Part shown: piece after piece, positions 12,270 to 26,216 of the stretch
Position numbering within the stretch: the first letter of the stretch is position 1
Layout of the letters: each line of letters opens with the position of its first letter
NCBI GenBank assembly: GCA_951406725.2
Contig: OX597832.1
Coordinates: 41,726,001-41,790,000, forward strand
Length of the DNA: 64,000 nucleotides
Direction of reading: 5' to 3'
Source of the DNA: Octopus vulgaris
Lineage: Eukaryota
Notes under the pieces: model-generated
Seen by the model: only the letters and a program-made list of their open reading frames with translations
Databases searched by the model: none
What the model was told of the DNA's origin: nothing
Program-made: the position numbers and the translations under genes

Positions 12270-12512
12270 TGTATATATATATATATACACATATATACAT
12301 ACATATATATATTGTTATTCTTTTCTTGTTTCAGGGATTTGATTGCAGCCATGCTGGAGCACCACCTGAAAGGGTTTTAGTTGAACAAATTGACCCCACC
12401 AAGGACTTATTCTTTGTAAGCCAAGTACTTATTCTATCAGTCTCTTTTGCCAAACTGCTAAGTTATGGGGATGTAAACACACAAATATTGGTTGTCAGGC
12501 AATGGTGGACAC

Positions 12513-12550
<38 letters not shown>

Positions 12551-12593
12551 GCTAGCATGGAAAACGGACGCTAAACGATGATGATGATGATGA

Positions 12594-12633
<40 letters not shown>

Positions 12634-12889
12634 CTCAGGGACGTGCCACCTGGGTAGGCAAGGTAAGCAGTGCCTACCTTGAATAAAATAGATTGACAGC
12701 AACATTTTCCTCTTATGGCAAAGCATGCATCAAATTCAATAAAATTATGAAGGTTACTCTGATTACTATGCATAAACTGCAAAGTATTTTATTTTTTTGA
12801 GATTAGGTAGGCAATAATTTGCCCCTGCCTTTCTGTCTCAGTTTCTGACCCTTTTTTAAGCTATGCCAGGTGAAATAATTAGTAGTATT

Positions 12890-13052
12890 TCATCTGTCTT
12901 TATGTTCTGAGTTCAAATTCCATGAAAATCGACTTTGCCTTTCATCCTTTTGGGGTCTATAAATTAAGTACCAGTTGTGTGCTGAGGTCGATCTAATTGA
13001 CTGGTTCCCTCCCCAAAGATTTTCGGGCCTTGTGCCTAGAGTAGAAAAGGAG
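12890..13052 (+). mobile_element. Family-A-related SINE body
   Basis: GTTCTGAGTTCAAATTCC...GCCTTTCATCCTTTTGGGGTC...GGCCTTGTGCCTAGAGTAGAAAAG. Confidence 0.75.
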
Positions 13053-13267
13053 TTACAGAAAAAAAGAAAGTTTCCCAGGGTGCCATGCAGTAGGACTGAA
13101 CCTGAACCAACATGATTGAGAAGCAAACTTCTTAACCACACAGCCATCTCTGCATCTACACAGCCATAGGCAAGCTTGAACCATCCTGAGTCTGTGATAA
13201 AAGATACTTATGAATGGAATAGAATAGACAGAAACCAGGCAAAAGCCCATCAAAGGAAATTTCCATA

Positions 13268-13440
13268 TAGGCGCAGGAGTGGCTGCGTGGTAAGTAGCTT
13301 GCTTACCAACCACATAGTTCCAGGTTCAATCCCACTGCGTGGCACCTTGGGCAAGTGTCTTCTACTATTGCCTCAGGTCAACCAAAGCCTTGTGAGTGGA
13401 TTTGGTAAACGGAAACTAAAAGAAGCCAGTCGTATATATG

Positions 13441-13472
<32 letters not shown>

Positions 13473-13473
13473 G

Positions 13474-13523
<50 letters not shown>

Positions 13524-13787
13524 TAGATAGATAGATAGATAGATAGATGTGTGTATGAATGTGTGTATATGTTTGTGTGTCTGTGTTTGTCCCCCCAACA
13601 TTGCTTGACAACCGATGCTGGTGTGTTTACGTCCCCCTAAACTTAGCTCTGTTCGGCAAAAGAGACCGATAGAATAAGTACTAGGCTTACAAAGAATAAG
13701 TCCTGGGGGCGATTTGCTCGACTAAAGGCGGTGCTCCAGCATGGCCACACTCAAATGACTGAAACAAGTAAAAGAGTAAAAGAGTAT
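13268..13787 (+). mobile_element. Full-length tRNA-derived SINE family B (AGGCGCAGGAGTGGC head, internal microsatellite, (AAAAGAGT)n tail)
   Basis: A box TGGCTGCGTGG, B box GGTTCAATCCC, CCTTGGGCAAG core and tail GACTGAAACAAGTAAAAGAGTAAAAGAG. Many copies in the window. Confidence 0.9.
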
Positions 13788-14363
13788 AATTCAAGGACCC
13801 GGCATTGTAATACACTGTATCATGATGATTCTAGATTCTACTCTGAAGGTTACATTAAGTGTACACATTACACATGTCTGTGGAATACTCGGTTATTTAC
13901 ATGCTAATTCTTTCTACAAGTCAAAGTAGTACAGTTTATCGAACAACATGAATATTCATCAGCGAAGCCAACATTGGATCCATTTGTGATTTTTTATTAT
14001 ATTTGTATAAACCGAATTTACTAATAACTCCATACCATTACTACAGCAACTAGTTATACTGTTTGCTAGAAATAGTAACAACACAGGAATAGTCTAGAAC
14101 AATGAAAACAACCAAGAAACCCAAAACAATACAAAAAAAAAAGAAATGAAAAGAAAAGAAAAAGAAATTTAAAAAAAGCAACTAAAGATTGTCCGTCCAG
14201 TTTTAGTTAGTAAATTACTCAATACGTAACAGAACACATAATTGGAATTAACAGCAGGCTAGGAAGGAGTGGAATACATCTGTGCGTGTGTATATATAAA
14301 TATATATACACATGTATATATATGTATATATACATATATATATATATACATATATATATATAC

Positions 14364-14404
<41 letters not shown>

Positions 14405-14455
14405 TATATACATGTACATATATGTATATATATATATATATACGTACATACATAG

Positions 14456-14496
<41 letters not shown>

Positions 14497-14664
14497 TATA
14501 CATAGATGTACATATATATATACATATATATATATATATCTATATATATATCTATATATATATATATACACACACACATCCATACATATATATGCACACA
14601 TGTATATATATACATGTATATAGATGTATACACACACACGCATATATATATATATATACAGATC

Positions 14665-14716
<52 letters not shown>

Positions 14717-14790
14717 TATATATATATATAAGTGTGTGTGTATATATATATATATATATGTACTCACATATATACGTATGCATAGATATA

Positions 14791-15541
14791 TGAGGTATGG
14801 TCAATAAGTATCCGGACTGTTGCCATAGTAACAAAGCTGTATGCATAGTGAAGCCACTGAGAAAAAATTGATTGTTGAACTCTGCTGCACATGAGCACTA
14901 AGTTTTAATGCACTAGCTCACTTCTGCTGTTTACAGCAGTGCTTGGAAGGAAGGTGTGTAGTGTGTGATTGCCACATTGATCACGATAGAGAAAGTTGTC
15001 ATGGAGATACCTGCTCAGAGGCCTATGCAAAGTTTCAGAAAGTGTATGGAGAGGAGTGTATGAGCCCCAACAAGTGTACGAGAGGTTCAGATGTTTCCGA
15101 GATGGCCGAAAATATGTCAATATCGAATGTTCTGGGAGACCCGCAACCAGTAGAACTGAGAGAAACATTGCAGATGCATGTGGAGCTGTGAGGGGGAATC
15201 ATCGAATCAGCATCTGTGAGTTATCAGAGGATGTGCAGATTAGTTACGGTTCAGTTCCGTCCATTATCACCGAAGATTTGGGTATGAGATGCATGTCTGC
15301 CAAGTTTGTGCCAAAACTACTTTCAGCTGACCAAAAAGACACTTAGGTTTCAATCGCACAAGATTTCCTTGATTGTGTCAAGACAATGAAAACTTTTTGC
15401 AAACTTTGTGTAGGCCTCTGAGGAGGTATCACCAAGCTTTTGGCAAAATTTGATGCAGATTCTCTGCTCACCTATGTGATGGTCAATACAACAATCACAG
15501 GCTACACACCTTCTTTGTAAGCACTGCCGTAAACAGCAAAA
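14791..15541 (+). mobile_element. Defective mariner transposon (N-terminal HTH region) with an internal fold-back
   Basis: TA followed by TIR-like TGAGGTATGGTCAATAAGTATCCGGACT. Peptide QVYERFRCFRDGR...SGRPATSRTERNI...RISICELSEDVQISYGSVPSIITEDLGMRCMSAKFVPKLL is typical of mariner transposase. Bases 15392-15541 are an inverted copy of 14921-15042. Confidence 0.85.
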
Positions 15542-15742
15542 CCTTTCATTATCCCATGTTGTGTTCGACCTACCTTCACTACCTGCGCTAATCACTGTGC
15601 CCAGTCCTCCTCACCACCACCACCACCACCACCCACCACCACCACATATGTCATCCCTCTGGAATTCCCTTTTCTGCTCATCACTTTGCTGCAGTCATTG
15701 ATCTTTTTTTGTGTGAATAACAAAAGAAACAAATGGAAAGCA

Positions 15743-16037
15743 AGGATGAAAGGCAAAGTCGAACTCGACGGAATTTGAACTCAGAACATAATGGCAGATG
15801 AAATACCTATTTCTTTACTAACCACAAGGGGCTAAACACAGAGAGGACAAACAAGGACAGACAAACGGATTAAGTCGATTACATCAACCCCAGTGTTTGT
15901 AACTGGTACTTAATTTATCAACCCTGAACGGATGAAAAGGAGACCTTGGTGGAATTTGAACTCAGAACATAATGGCAGACGAAATATGGCTACGCATTTC
16001 GCCCGGCATGCTAATGTTTCTGCCAGCTCGCCACCTT
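15743..16037 (-). mobile_element. SINE family A, head + body + partial second body
   Basis: Junction GCAGATGAAATACC|TATTTCTTT near 15800. Confidence 0.8.
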
Positions 16038-16040
16038 GAC

Positions 16041-16478
16041 AATAGTGAATGTTGAGGTACATATTTGTACCGGTATAGTTAACACTGGACATTGAGATAC
16101 ATGTTTGCCCTGGTGTAGGCAACGCTGGACATTGTAGTTCATGAGGAAGTGGAATGAGCAACACTGGACAATGAGATACCTGATGGACTGGAGTGAGCAA
16201 CATGGAACATTGGGGTACATGTTGGACTGATGTGTAGAACACTGGACATTAAAATACACTGTTTGTACAAGTGTGGACAACACTGGACATTGAAGTACAT
16301 AATGAGCAACAGTGGACAATAAGATATAAGATATATATGGATAATATTGGACATTGAGGTACACATTTATACTGGTGTGGACAACAGTGGACAATAAGGT
16401 ACAAGTCTGGATAAGAATAAACAACACTGACCACTGAGGTACATGTTTGGACTAGAATAAACACCACTGGACACTGAC
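16041..16478. repeat. Degenerate ~40-bp minisatellite, about 12 units
   Basis: Units start at 16041, 16081, 16121, 16160, 16199, 16238, 16279, 16308, 16343, 16383, 16423 and 16463. Core AACACTGGACATTGAGGTACA. Confidence 0.85.
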
Positions 16479-18118
16479 CACACAGACTGAAATCTTGGAT
16501 TCACCTTTCACTCACCTACCCTACCAGTCACTCCCTCACTTACCCCAAGCCAATCAATCAGGAAAAAAACAGTCGTCAGTTATTTAGGTAGTTTAAACTG
16601 CCATGGTTCTGTCCATACTGGAGCAGTGCCAACAACACCAAATTATAGATTCAACACACTGTTCAATGGTTAGCCTCTTTAAAGCTATTCTCCTCAAACA
16701 CATACACTCATACACATGCTCACACACCACACACATACACAAGTACACATGCACACATACACTCACATATATGAACATACATATACATACATACATAGAC
16801 ACTCACATGCGCTCATTCACATAGATACACACACACATGCACATACATACATGCACTCACACTCATTCACACATTTAGACACACACACACATTTAGACAC
16901 ACACACACATTCACATACACATGTACACATGCACTCATACACACATTCAGATACACACTCACTCACACATGCACACACACATACACACACACTCACATAT
17001 GCATGCACTCACACTTATTCACACATACAGACACACATACATTCACATACACATGCACTCATACACACATTCAGATACACACACACGCACACATGCACAC
17101 ACACATAACACGAAACATCAAATGACAGAGACCATCAATCACGACTGACGGAAATACTTTCTCTTATAAAACATTTATTGATATATAGATTCATTGATTA
17201 GACATTTACAGTGATTAGTTGGTCCACATCACTTTTGTGCTATTAATTCCTTCAACCTCTGTCCCTCGGCAAAATCGATAGAAACTAAGTTATTTCATCT
17301 TGCCCTGGCCATATTTTTGCAATCACCTAATATTGCCATCTAGCATATCACCCACCCCAATCCACAGATTTAGCAGGTAAAGAGAACCAGGGTCTAAAGT
17401 GTTTATAGGCCCTTCCACACTGGTGGGGGCTTGTTATTGTTGTTTGGCCCCTAGGTCATCCTGCTGTTCCCACCATCGCTGCCCATAAAATCTGCAACAA
17501 CTGCAGTTCCTACAAGGAAGCCCCTGTGAACATACACAAACGCACCCACAAAGAAACATACACACTCCAACACAGAGAACACCTACCCAATAGACTTTTT
17601 CCCACCGCCACCCTAATAAAAGCTCCCACACATTGCACTGCCCCCCCCACACACACACACACACTGCACACATACATAAAGGCCCCACAAATTTAACCAA
17701 TGCATAAAAGAAAGGAAACACATGAACAAACTCAAATGTGTATGCCCACACTCCGCTACATAGGTTATAGTACCACTACACACATTCCATTTCCACAAAC
17801 AACACCAATCTTAAAGACACACATTTCCCACAAAATTTTCCAGAAAACTTTTGCTGACTTGCAACAAAATCGCCCCCATTGACGATGTTTTGGTACCAAG
17901 GGACATAATTCTTAATTCAATCCCCTGCTCGATTAATTTCATAATCTTTTTCACAGCAACCAAAAACCGGATGTGTCTATTCACCTCCAGCAAGAGAGCA
18001 GTCACCATATTTCATTCTATAATGGCTACCTCTGATGAGTGCAGGGTTGCATAATCAGACTGTTACCTAACATTCCATTGAATCCCTAGCATGAAACTGA
18101 TGGGTAACAGTGGCTGTA

Positions 18119-18166
<48 letters not shown>

Positions 18167-18169
18167 ATT

Positions 18170-18738
18170 CCAGGAAGATCTGGGATGAAGTGATGAAGCA
18201 CAACCTTTGAACATTAGGCTTCACTGAGGCAATGACTAGTGACCGAGACTTTTGGAAATATGCTGTGCTTGAGAAGACCCGGCAAACCAAATGAGACTAT
18301 AACTTCGTGGCCTATGCCAGGGGTGTAACCAGCCCACTTATGTGTACCTTTCCTTCATTGGACACTAAACTCTGCTTGCGAAGACCTGTTGAGGCAAGTG
18401 AAATCAAAATCAAATTTGATGACTGGCATCCATGCTAGTGGAGTGCTAAGAGCACCATCTGAGTGTGATCGTTGCCAGAGAGGCTACCTGGCTTCTGTGC
18501 TGGTGGCATGTAAAAAGCACCATTCGAGCGTGATCGTTACCAGTGTCGCCTTACTGGCACTTGTGTAACACATAAAAAAATATTCAAGTGAGATCATTGC
18601 CAGTGCTGCTGGACTGGCTCCTGTGTAGGTTGCACGTAAAAAACACCATTTGAGTGTGGTCATTGCCAGTATCTGCTGACTGGCCCTCGTGCCGGTGGCA
18701 CATAAAAGCACCCATTAAACGATGATGATGATGATGAT
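18170..18738 (+). mobile_element. 5'-truncated RTE-clade LINE (ORF2 C-terminus, 3' UTR, (GAT)n tail)
   Basis: Peptide RKIWDEVMKHNL*TLGFTEAMTSDRDFWKYAVLEKTRQ matches the RTE terminal pattern RK.W...DL...G...DR..W. Flanked by (TA)n on both sides. Confidence 0.8.
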
Positions 18739-19134
18739 ATATATATATATATATACTTTTAATTTTGATGTTGATGCTGCTTTAGTTCAGTAATATATCT
18801 TTCTAGGGAATTCTCTTGAGAATTTTATGACCATCTTCATTAATAAACATTTCAGGTATTTTTAAAAAATTAATTTTTGTCCTTCGTTCTTGTTTTGAAA
18901 CTTTTTACAGATCAATTTTAAGATACTATTTTCTAAACTTAACAAAGGTATGTAGAGGGTGCAAGCACACCACCTGCACCCCCTGTTCCTGGGCCTTGGT
19001 TAATACTACATCTACATCGCTACCATCAACAACATCACTACCACTCATCTTAAACACTTCATCACAGCCACTAATGCCACTGCAACTTTCATAACAAACA
19101 TCATCACTACCATTACTACTACCACCACATAAGT

Positions 19135-19348
19135 ACCAGCACGCTGGGCGAAATGCTTAGTGGTATTTCGTCTGCCACAGCGTTCTGAGTTCAAATTCCG
19201 CCAAGGTCAACTTTACTTTTCATCCTTTCGGAGTCGATTAAATAAGTACCAATTACGCACTGGGGTTGATGTAATCGACTTAATCCGTTTGTCTGTCCTT
19301 GTTTGTCCCCTCTGTGTTTAGCCCCTTGTGAGTAGTAAAGAAATAGGT
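19135..19348 (+). mobile_element. SINE family A, slightly 5'-truncated
   Basis: Consensus match, ending GTAAAGAAATAGGTAT. Confidence 0.85.
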
Positions 19349-20394
19349 ATTATCATCATCATTACCAACATCACCACCATTGCCACCAGTCATTGCTATT
19401 ACTAGAAGAACTACCTTTGTCACCACCATCATAACCATCAGCACCAGCACCACCGCATCATCATCACCAATCTCTATCATCATAACCATCACCACCAACA
19501 TCAAATTATCTTCAACATAATCACAACTATCATTATCACCATCTCCGCCACTGTCAAATTATCTTCTTCACTGCAGCACTTACCGCACAAAAGGAAAATA
19601 AATTAACCCTTTTCAAACCGTTTCGGACCACCTGTGGTTCCATAACACAAGTCTGTCCATTTTAAAGAATTAATATTAAATCTTTCCATCATCACTTCTT
19701 GCAAGAAGCTTTTGTTCTGTTCCTAATATTTTAATACACCAATATATATTTATCTTTTGTTATGTTCCAAACACCATCATAATGTATGTATATCATCATC
19801 AATATATATATATAATGGTGTCCTGTACCCATATATGCAAGTATATATACATGTAGAGGTAGGTACGTACATATATGTATGTATATATGCATATGTTTTA
19901 TTTTATTTATTAATTTATTATATATATATATATATATACATGATGATGGTATTTGAAATATATATATATTACATACATACATATACATACCTATACATAC
20001 ACATATATATATATACATATATATACATACATATATATACATATACATATACACACACACAGACATATACACATACACACACACATGCATGCACTCATAT
20101 GTAGATCTTGTTAGTGCAACAGAATTGCTTTGACCTTTCGTCAACACCTGGTGAAAGGCTGTTTACCTTGTTTATATTTTATCCTGTTTATTTTTACCTG
20201 TTGTCCATGACTAATTTTTTCTTCTATTTTGATGGAAATGCCATGGAAAACAATTTGTCCACATTTATGTCAATCTTTCAGCGACCACCTTATCGACTTT
20301 TCTTGTCTTCTCTCTCTCTCTCTCTCTGTATATATATATATATATATATATATAATTGAATTGATATATATATATACACACACACACACGCACA

Positions 20395-20785
20395 CACATA
20401 AAAATACAAAATGGGATAAGAACGCAAAACATCCAGATAGACGATACAAAGTAAACAAGGACGGGTCATTCGGAGTTTTCTTTCCTCAGTCGAGTTCCAG
20501 ATTATCTTTGCAATTTTGGCTGGTTATACTCAAGATTGCTCCAATCTGGCCAGACCCAAGGTAAAACTAAGCTAAGAGCATTAGATTCCTTGGAAGAAGG
20601 CAGCAAATGTATATGAAAAACGTATACGGGAAAAAAACAGAGAATGTTACACAAATACAAATAACAGGACGTAACAATAGGTGTCTTTTGACAAAGGACG
20701 AATTAAATTAAGCTGGTGTGTGTGGAAATAAAGCCTTACGGCAGGGATACAAGATTTCATAGGTACAGGGAGGAATACAGATGAG
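20395..20785. mobile_element. Probable Penelope-like non-autonomous element between microsatellites
   Basis: Complex sequence bounded by (CA)/(TG) tracts, with a weak hammerhead-like remnant on the minus strand (CTGG...CCAGCC-AAAATTGC). The classification is an inference. Confidence 0.3.
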
Positions 20786-20842
20786 GAAGGTGTGTGTGTG
20801 TGTGTGTGCGCGCACGTGCGTGTGTGTGTGTGTGTGTGAATA

Positions 20843-20873
<31 letters not shown>

Positions 20874-21300
20874 GAGGAGACCTGTTGAGTCAAGTACATG
20901 AACATGAACGTCGAAATAAATATCAATGGAAATAGTAGTTGTGATGCCTGTGCCGGTGGCACATAAAAAGCATTATCCGAACGTGGCCGATGCCAGCGCC
21001 GCCCCGACTGGCTTCTGTGCCGGTGGCACATAAAAAGCGCCATCCGAATGTGGCCGATGCCAGCGCCGCCCCAACTGGCTTCTGTGCCGGTGGCACATAA
21101 AAAGCACCATCCGAACGTTGCCAGCGCCGCCTTGGCTGGCTTCTGTGCCGCTGGCACGTTAAAAGCTCCAACCGATCGTGGCCGATGCCAGACCCCCCCC
21201 CCTGGCACCTGTGCAGGTGGCACGTAAAAAGCACCCACTACACTCGCGGAGTGGTTGGCGTTATGAAGGGCATCCAGCCGTAGAAACTCTGCCAGATCAG
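20874..21300 (+). mobile_element. RTE 3' UTR with 67-bp internal tandem units
   Basis: TGCCGGTGGCAC at 20951, 21018 and 21085 (period 67). Same family as 18170-18738. Confidence 0.8.
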
Positions 21301-21988
21301 AAATGAAATAAAATGAAAAACAGGACACAAAGGATGTTGTGGTACATATTCACTCTGAATTTATATATATATATATATCCACTATTTATCTTCTAATACC
21401 ATCATAATGTATTAACTATTATATGTTGTAGCCAATGTTCTGCTAGAAATAGTGACTAGATTTCCCTCAAATTACACCCTATCACTTTTAAAATGGCAGG
21501 AAACATTGAATAATAATATGTATTCCTAGTTATGTAAGAAGACATGATCACAGCATGAAAACTCTTGTTGAAGAGTTTAATCATCCAGTGCCTTCCTGGG
21601 GTTAAACGAAAACAAACAGTATATACATTTATTATCTGTAAAGTTATGTTGCAGACACCAGATCAATAATGAATATAATCAAAGTTAGTTATTTTACAAA
21701 AATTTCTCCAAATTCTTGATTATTTACAAAATTAATTAAAATGCATAGAAAGTGTATTTCTTTAGAAAAACGATCAAGAAACGATAACAAAGGCTTAACA
21801 AAAATTCAAAATATTTTCCTGCAAAAAGTAAAGCTGCAACAACTGCAGCAGCAGCAGCAGCAGCAGTAGCAGCAGCAGCAGCAAAAGCATCAGCAAGCAC
21901 AAAAAGAAAAAAAATTTCCATGATATAATCTAAAAAACCTTAATCCAATAATCTTTGATGAAATATAATGATGCTTAACAGATGGAAA

Positions 21989-22579
21989 CAGCGATTCTCA
22001 GCCATTTTTTTTTTTACCTAAGAACCCCTTTGATTATTATTTTATTCTGGTCGAGCCCCCCCCCTCCCTCCCTTAACCATTCAATGTTTAAAAACTAGCT
22101 TTATAGATACTTCTTTCAAAATTCCTGTTTTGTTTTTCAGCACCCACTACACTCACGGAGTGGTTGGCATTAGGAAGGGCATCCAGCTGTAGAAACTTTG
22201 CCAGAACAGACAATGAGGTCTGGTGTAACCTCTGGCCTTACCAGCACTGGTCAAACCATCCAACCCATACCAGCATGGAAAACAGACGTTAAACGATGAT
22301 AATGATGATGATGATGATGATGATGTGTTCATTTGTATAGGTTTGCAACAGAACTCTGGGAGAACATGTTTCTGTGCTGGAAACATGTTAAACTATGTAA
22401 AACATTAGAGAAATAAACCTAGCTGTTTCTTGCATTAATGACATATAAAGCAAAATTTTTTTTTCATAGGCCCTTAATATACTACTATGGGTCCCCAGTT
22501 TACTATTTTGCCTGTGTGGACCACCAAAGATCTTATCTAGATCCCCAGTTTTAATATGGACCGTAGTTAAGAACCACTG
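21989..22579. mobile_element. hAT (Charlie-like) MITE with a nested RTE tail (22141-22325)
   Basis: Termini CAGCGATTCTCAGCC ... GTTAAGAACCACTG resemble CAGTGGTTCTCAAC TIRs. Confidence 0.6.
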
Positions 22580-22599
22580 TTTGATCCTTATGTTTATAT

Positions 22600-23461
22600 C
22601 AGTGGTTTTCAATTGGAATCCATATGGCCCTTGAGTGTTCATGAAAGATTTTGTTGTTAAACTTTATTCTTTTACTTGTTTCAGTCATTTGACTGCGACC
22701 ATGCTGGAACATTGCCTTCAAGGATTTTAGTTAAACAAATTGACCCCAGGACTTATTTTGTTAAGTCTAGTACTTATTCTATTGGTGTCTTTTGCCAAAC
22801 CACTAAGTTACAGCGACATAAACACGCCAACATCAGTTGTCAAGTTGTGATAGGGGGAGAAACACAGACACAAAACACATTGGTAGATACATATATATAT
22901 AGGGAGAGTTTACGAAAAAAACAAAGGACGAAGACAGGTGGTGTACAAAACAAACAGATGTATTAGTATAACGCTCAGGAATAGAAAAAGTCTTTTATGT
23001 TTCGAGCCTATGCTCTTCTACAGAAAGGGACACAGAAAACAAGGAGAGAAAAAAAATGTGTGTAGTGGCTAACGATCAATCATGGCGACTATATATATAT
23101 ATATACATATACGACTGGCTTCTTTCAGTTTCCATCTACCAAACCCACTCAGAAGGCTTCGGTAGGCCCGAGGCTATTGTAGAAGACAATTGCCCAAGGT
23201 GCCATGTGGTGTGACTGAACCTGGAACCATGTGATCGGGAAGCAAGCTTCTTACCACACAACCACACCTGGTGCAATAAATTGGTTATACTGCTACAGTA
23301 AACAAAATATTTTAACAATTATTTTTATACACTTCCTAAAAATATTTGATAACAAAAAAAAATAAGAGGAATTTTTTTAAACATCAAATAGCTATGGAGG
23401 GCTACCTAAGTAAAATAGCAATCAAAGGGGTCCATAGGGAAAAAATGATTGGAAACTGATA
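22600..23461. mobile_element. hAT MITE containing a nested family-B SINE (22665-23268, minus), which contains a Penelope-like element (22900-23090)
   Basis: Left TIR CAGTGGTTTTCAA, decayed right end, and imperfect 8-bp TSD GTTTATAT / GTTTACAC. Confidence 0.55.
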
Positions 23462-23649
23462 GTTTACACCAACATCAGCAGCAAGATTGAGATTACCACT
23501 CATCTCCGATTACTTATTACTGGAATACATTCCATTAATATTCCTGTATTGAATTCTTGCAGCTGGCTATCAGTAAATGTACTGAGGAAAAAACAAAGGA
23601 CTATTTAAGTAACTCTTTTACTCTTTTACTTGTTTCAGTCATTTAAAAA

Positions 23650-23750
23650 AATAAAATAATAACGAAATTATTGTATACAGTGCTCAGGTGCCCCACAACT
23701 TGTCAGAAAGTGCATATAAAGTACATACAGTAATGTAGAAATGTCTTGGA
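23650..23750 (-). mobile_element. CR1-group LINE 3' UTR stub inside a family-B SINE remnant
   Basis: Matches 62765-62862 (GAAATTATTGTATACAGTGCTCAGG.G..CCACAACTTGTCAGAAAGTGC). Confidence 0.8.
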
Positions 23751-24066
23751 CTTATTCTTTGTAAGTGTAAGCCTAGTACTTATTCTATCGGTCTCTTTTG
23801 CCGGTTGTCAAGCGATGTTGGGGGGACAAACACAGACACACAAACATATACACACATACACATATATGTAACCCTTTTTATGCAGGTACTTGATAACACC
23901 ATAATTCTGAATTTTGTCCATTTTCAAGAGAAGTCACTAATTCTTTGAACAGTCAGGTGTCAGTTTACCTGGTAGAAAGACAATGTGGTTATTAATAAGA
24001 AGAACTGAAATGAATTCAGGCAAGATTTCACAGCTCTAGCATCACTCCTTTATAGTCAGCCCACCC

Positions 24067-24067
<1 letters not shown>

Positions 24068-24127
<60 letters not shown>

Positions 24128-24223
24128 CAAAAACAGACAGACAGACAGATAGATAAACAGATAGATAGATAGACAGACAGATAGATAGATAGTTAGATGG
24201 ATAGATAGATAGGTGGATGGATG

Positions 24224-24288
<65 letters not shown>

Positions 24289-24290
24289 CC

Positions 24291-24352
<62 letters not shown>

Positions 24353-24611
24353 CCAGATAGATAGATAGATGGTTGGATAGACAGATAGGTATGTTTGTAA
24401 GTATTTATGTATGTATGTGCACGTGTGTGTACATGTAAGCATAACTCCTTGCCTTAACATTGCGTGAGAGAGCATCCTTCATATCCATTCACCTGTAAAA
24501 ATATGCCTGATCACAGGAGAATATTACCTTACTTGGAAATTGACGAGGATGATATAATATACGTGTGTGTGCATATGTATGTATATATGCAACTATTTAA
24601 GCTATTATTGA

Positions 24612-24642
<31 letters not shown>

Positions 24643-24938
24643 CTGATGACGACGATGATGATGATGATGATGATGATGACGACGATTATGATGATGATGA
24701 TTATGATGACGACGACGATGATGATGATGATGGTGATGATGATGATGGTGATGATGACGACGATGATGATGATGACAATGATGATGATGACGACGATGAT
24801 GATGACGATGATGATGATGATGATGACGATGATGATGATGATGACGATGATGATGATAATGATGATGATGATGATGATGATAATGATGATGATAATGATG
24901 ATGATGATGATGATGATGATGACGATGTTGATGACGAC

Positions 24939-24975
<37 letters not shown>

Positions 24976-25050
24976 ATGATTACGATGATTATGATTATGA
25001 TGATGATGATGATGATGATGACGATGACGATGACGATTATGATTATGATT

Positions 25051-25090
<40 letters not shown>

Positions 25091-25117
25091 CGACGATGAT
25101 GATTATGATGACGATGA
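24068..25117. repeat. (TG)n, (GATA)n and long (GAT/GAC)n microsatellites
   Basis: Directly visible at 24068-24123, 24134-24390 and 24616-25117. Confidence 0.95.
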
Positions 25118-25799
25118 CTGCTTTGTTAGTGAGTTAGCCAACCAACTGTTAGCCTGAACTGCTTGAATAAATATCTGAAACAAGAACATTGTTATGTCGC
25201 AGTTCTGTAACTGTCAGAACATTGATCCAATCCAACTGTGAATCCGACAGGAAGTCATGATATTTATATGGTGGTGGTGGTGGTGGTGGTGGCAGTGGTG
25301 AAGTTAAGATGGGAGGGGGGGCAGAGCAGTCAGGGAGGAAAGGAGAATGGTGGTGGTGGGGAAGATGAGAGTGGTGGCAGTTGCAATAGTTGTGGTGGTC
25401 ACTATAATGGTAGTTGTGGTGATGATGATGATGATGATGATTGCAGTGTGTTGGTGTTGGTGATAGCGGTAATGGTGTTTGTGGCAGTTACTGATGATAA
25501 TGATCATGATGCTGATGATGATTATCAGCATCACGGTTGGTGTAATTAGGTGCAGTGACCCTGACAACCATACTGGACGATGGAAGTAAGGGTCTGTAAA
25601 GCAGAAGTAGGAATGAGTATATAAATATAGCAGAAGTGGTGATGATGATGATGATGATGAGGATGAGGATGAGGATGAGGATGATGACAATAGCATTGAT
25701 GGTGATGACGATGACAATGGTGATGATCACGACCATGATACTGATGATGCTGATGATGATGATGTTGAGAGTGACAGCAATGATGATGACGAAGATACT

Positions 25800-26216
25800 T
25801 ATTTCTTTACTGCCCACAAGGGGCTAAACACAGAGGGGACAAACAAGGACAGACACACGGATTAAATCGATTACATCGAACCCCAGTGCGTAACTGGTAC
25901 TTATTTAATCGACCCCGAAAGGACGAAAGGCAAAGTCGACCTCGGCAGAATTTGAACTCAGAACGTAACGGCAGATGAAATACCTATTTCTTTACTACCC
26001 ACAAGGGGCTAAACGCAGACGGGACAAACAAGGACAGACACACGGATTAAGTCGATTACATTGACCCCAGTGCGTAACTGGTACTTATTTAATCGACCCC
26101 GAAAGGATGAAAGGTAAAGTCGCCCTCGGCGGAATTTGAACTCAGAACGTAACGGCAGACGAAATACCGCTAAGCATTTCGCCCGGCGTGCTAACGGTTC
26201 TGCCAGCTCGCCACCT
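25800..26216 (-). mobile_element. SINE family A dimer (one head, two bodies) within one 16-bp TSD
   Basis: TSD TGATGACGAAGATACT at 25784-25799 and 26217-26232. Confidence 0.9.

Noticed and set aside
16041-16478. CRISPR array
   Set aside because: The repeats are degenerate, the spacers are related to each other and too short, there are no cas genes, and the context is eukaryotic.
17811-18008. 65-aa minus-strand ORF MVTALLLEV...
   Set aside because: Short, with no motif. The surrounding sequence looks like decayed non-autonomous DNA-element material.
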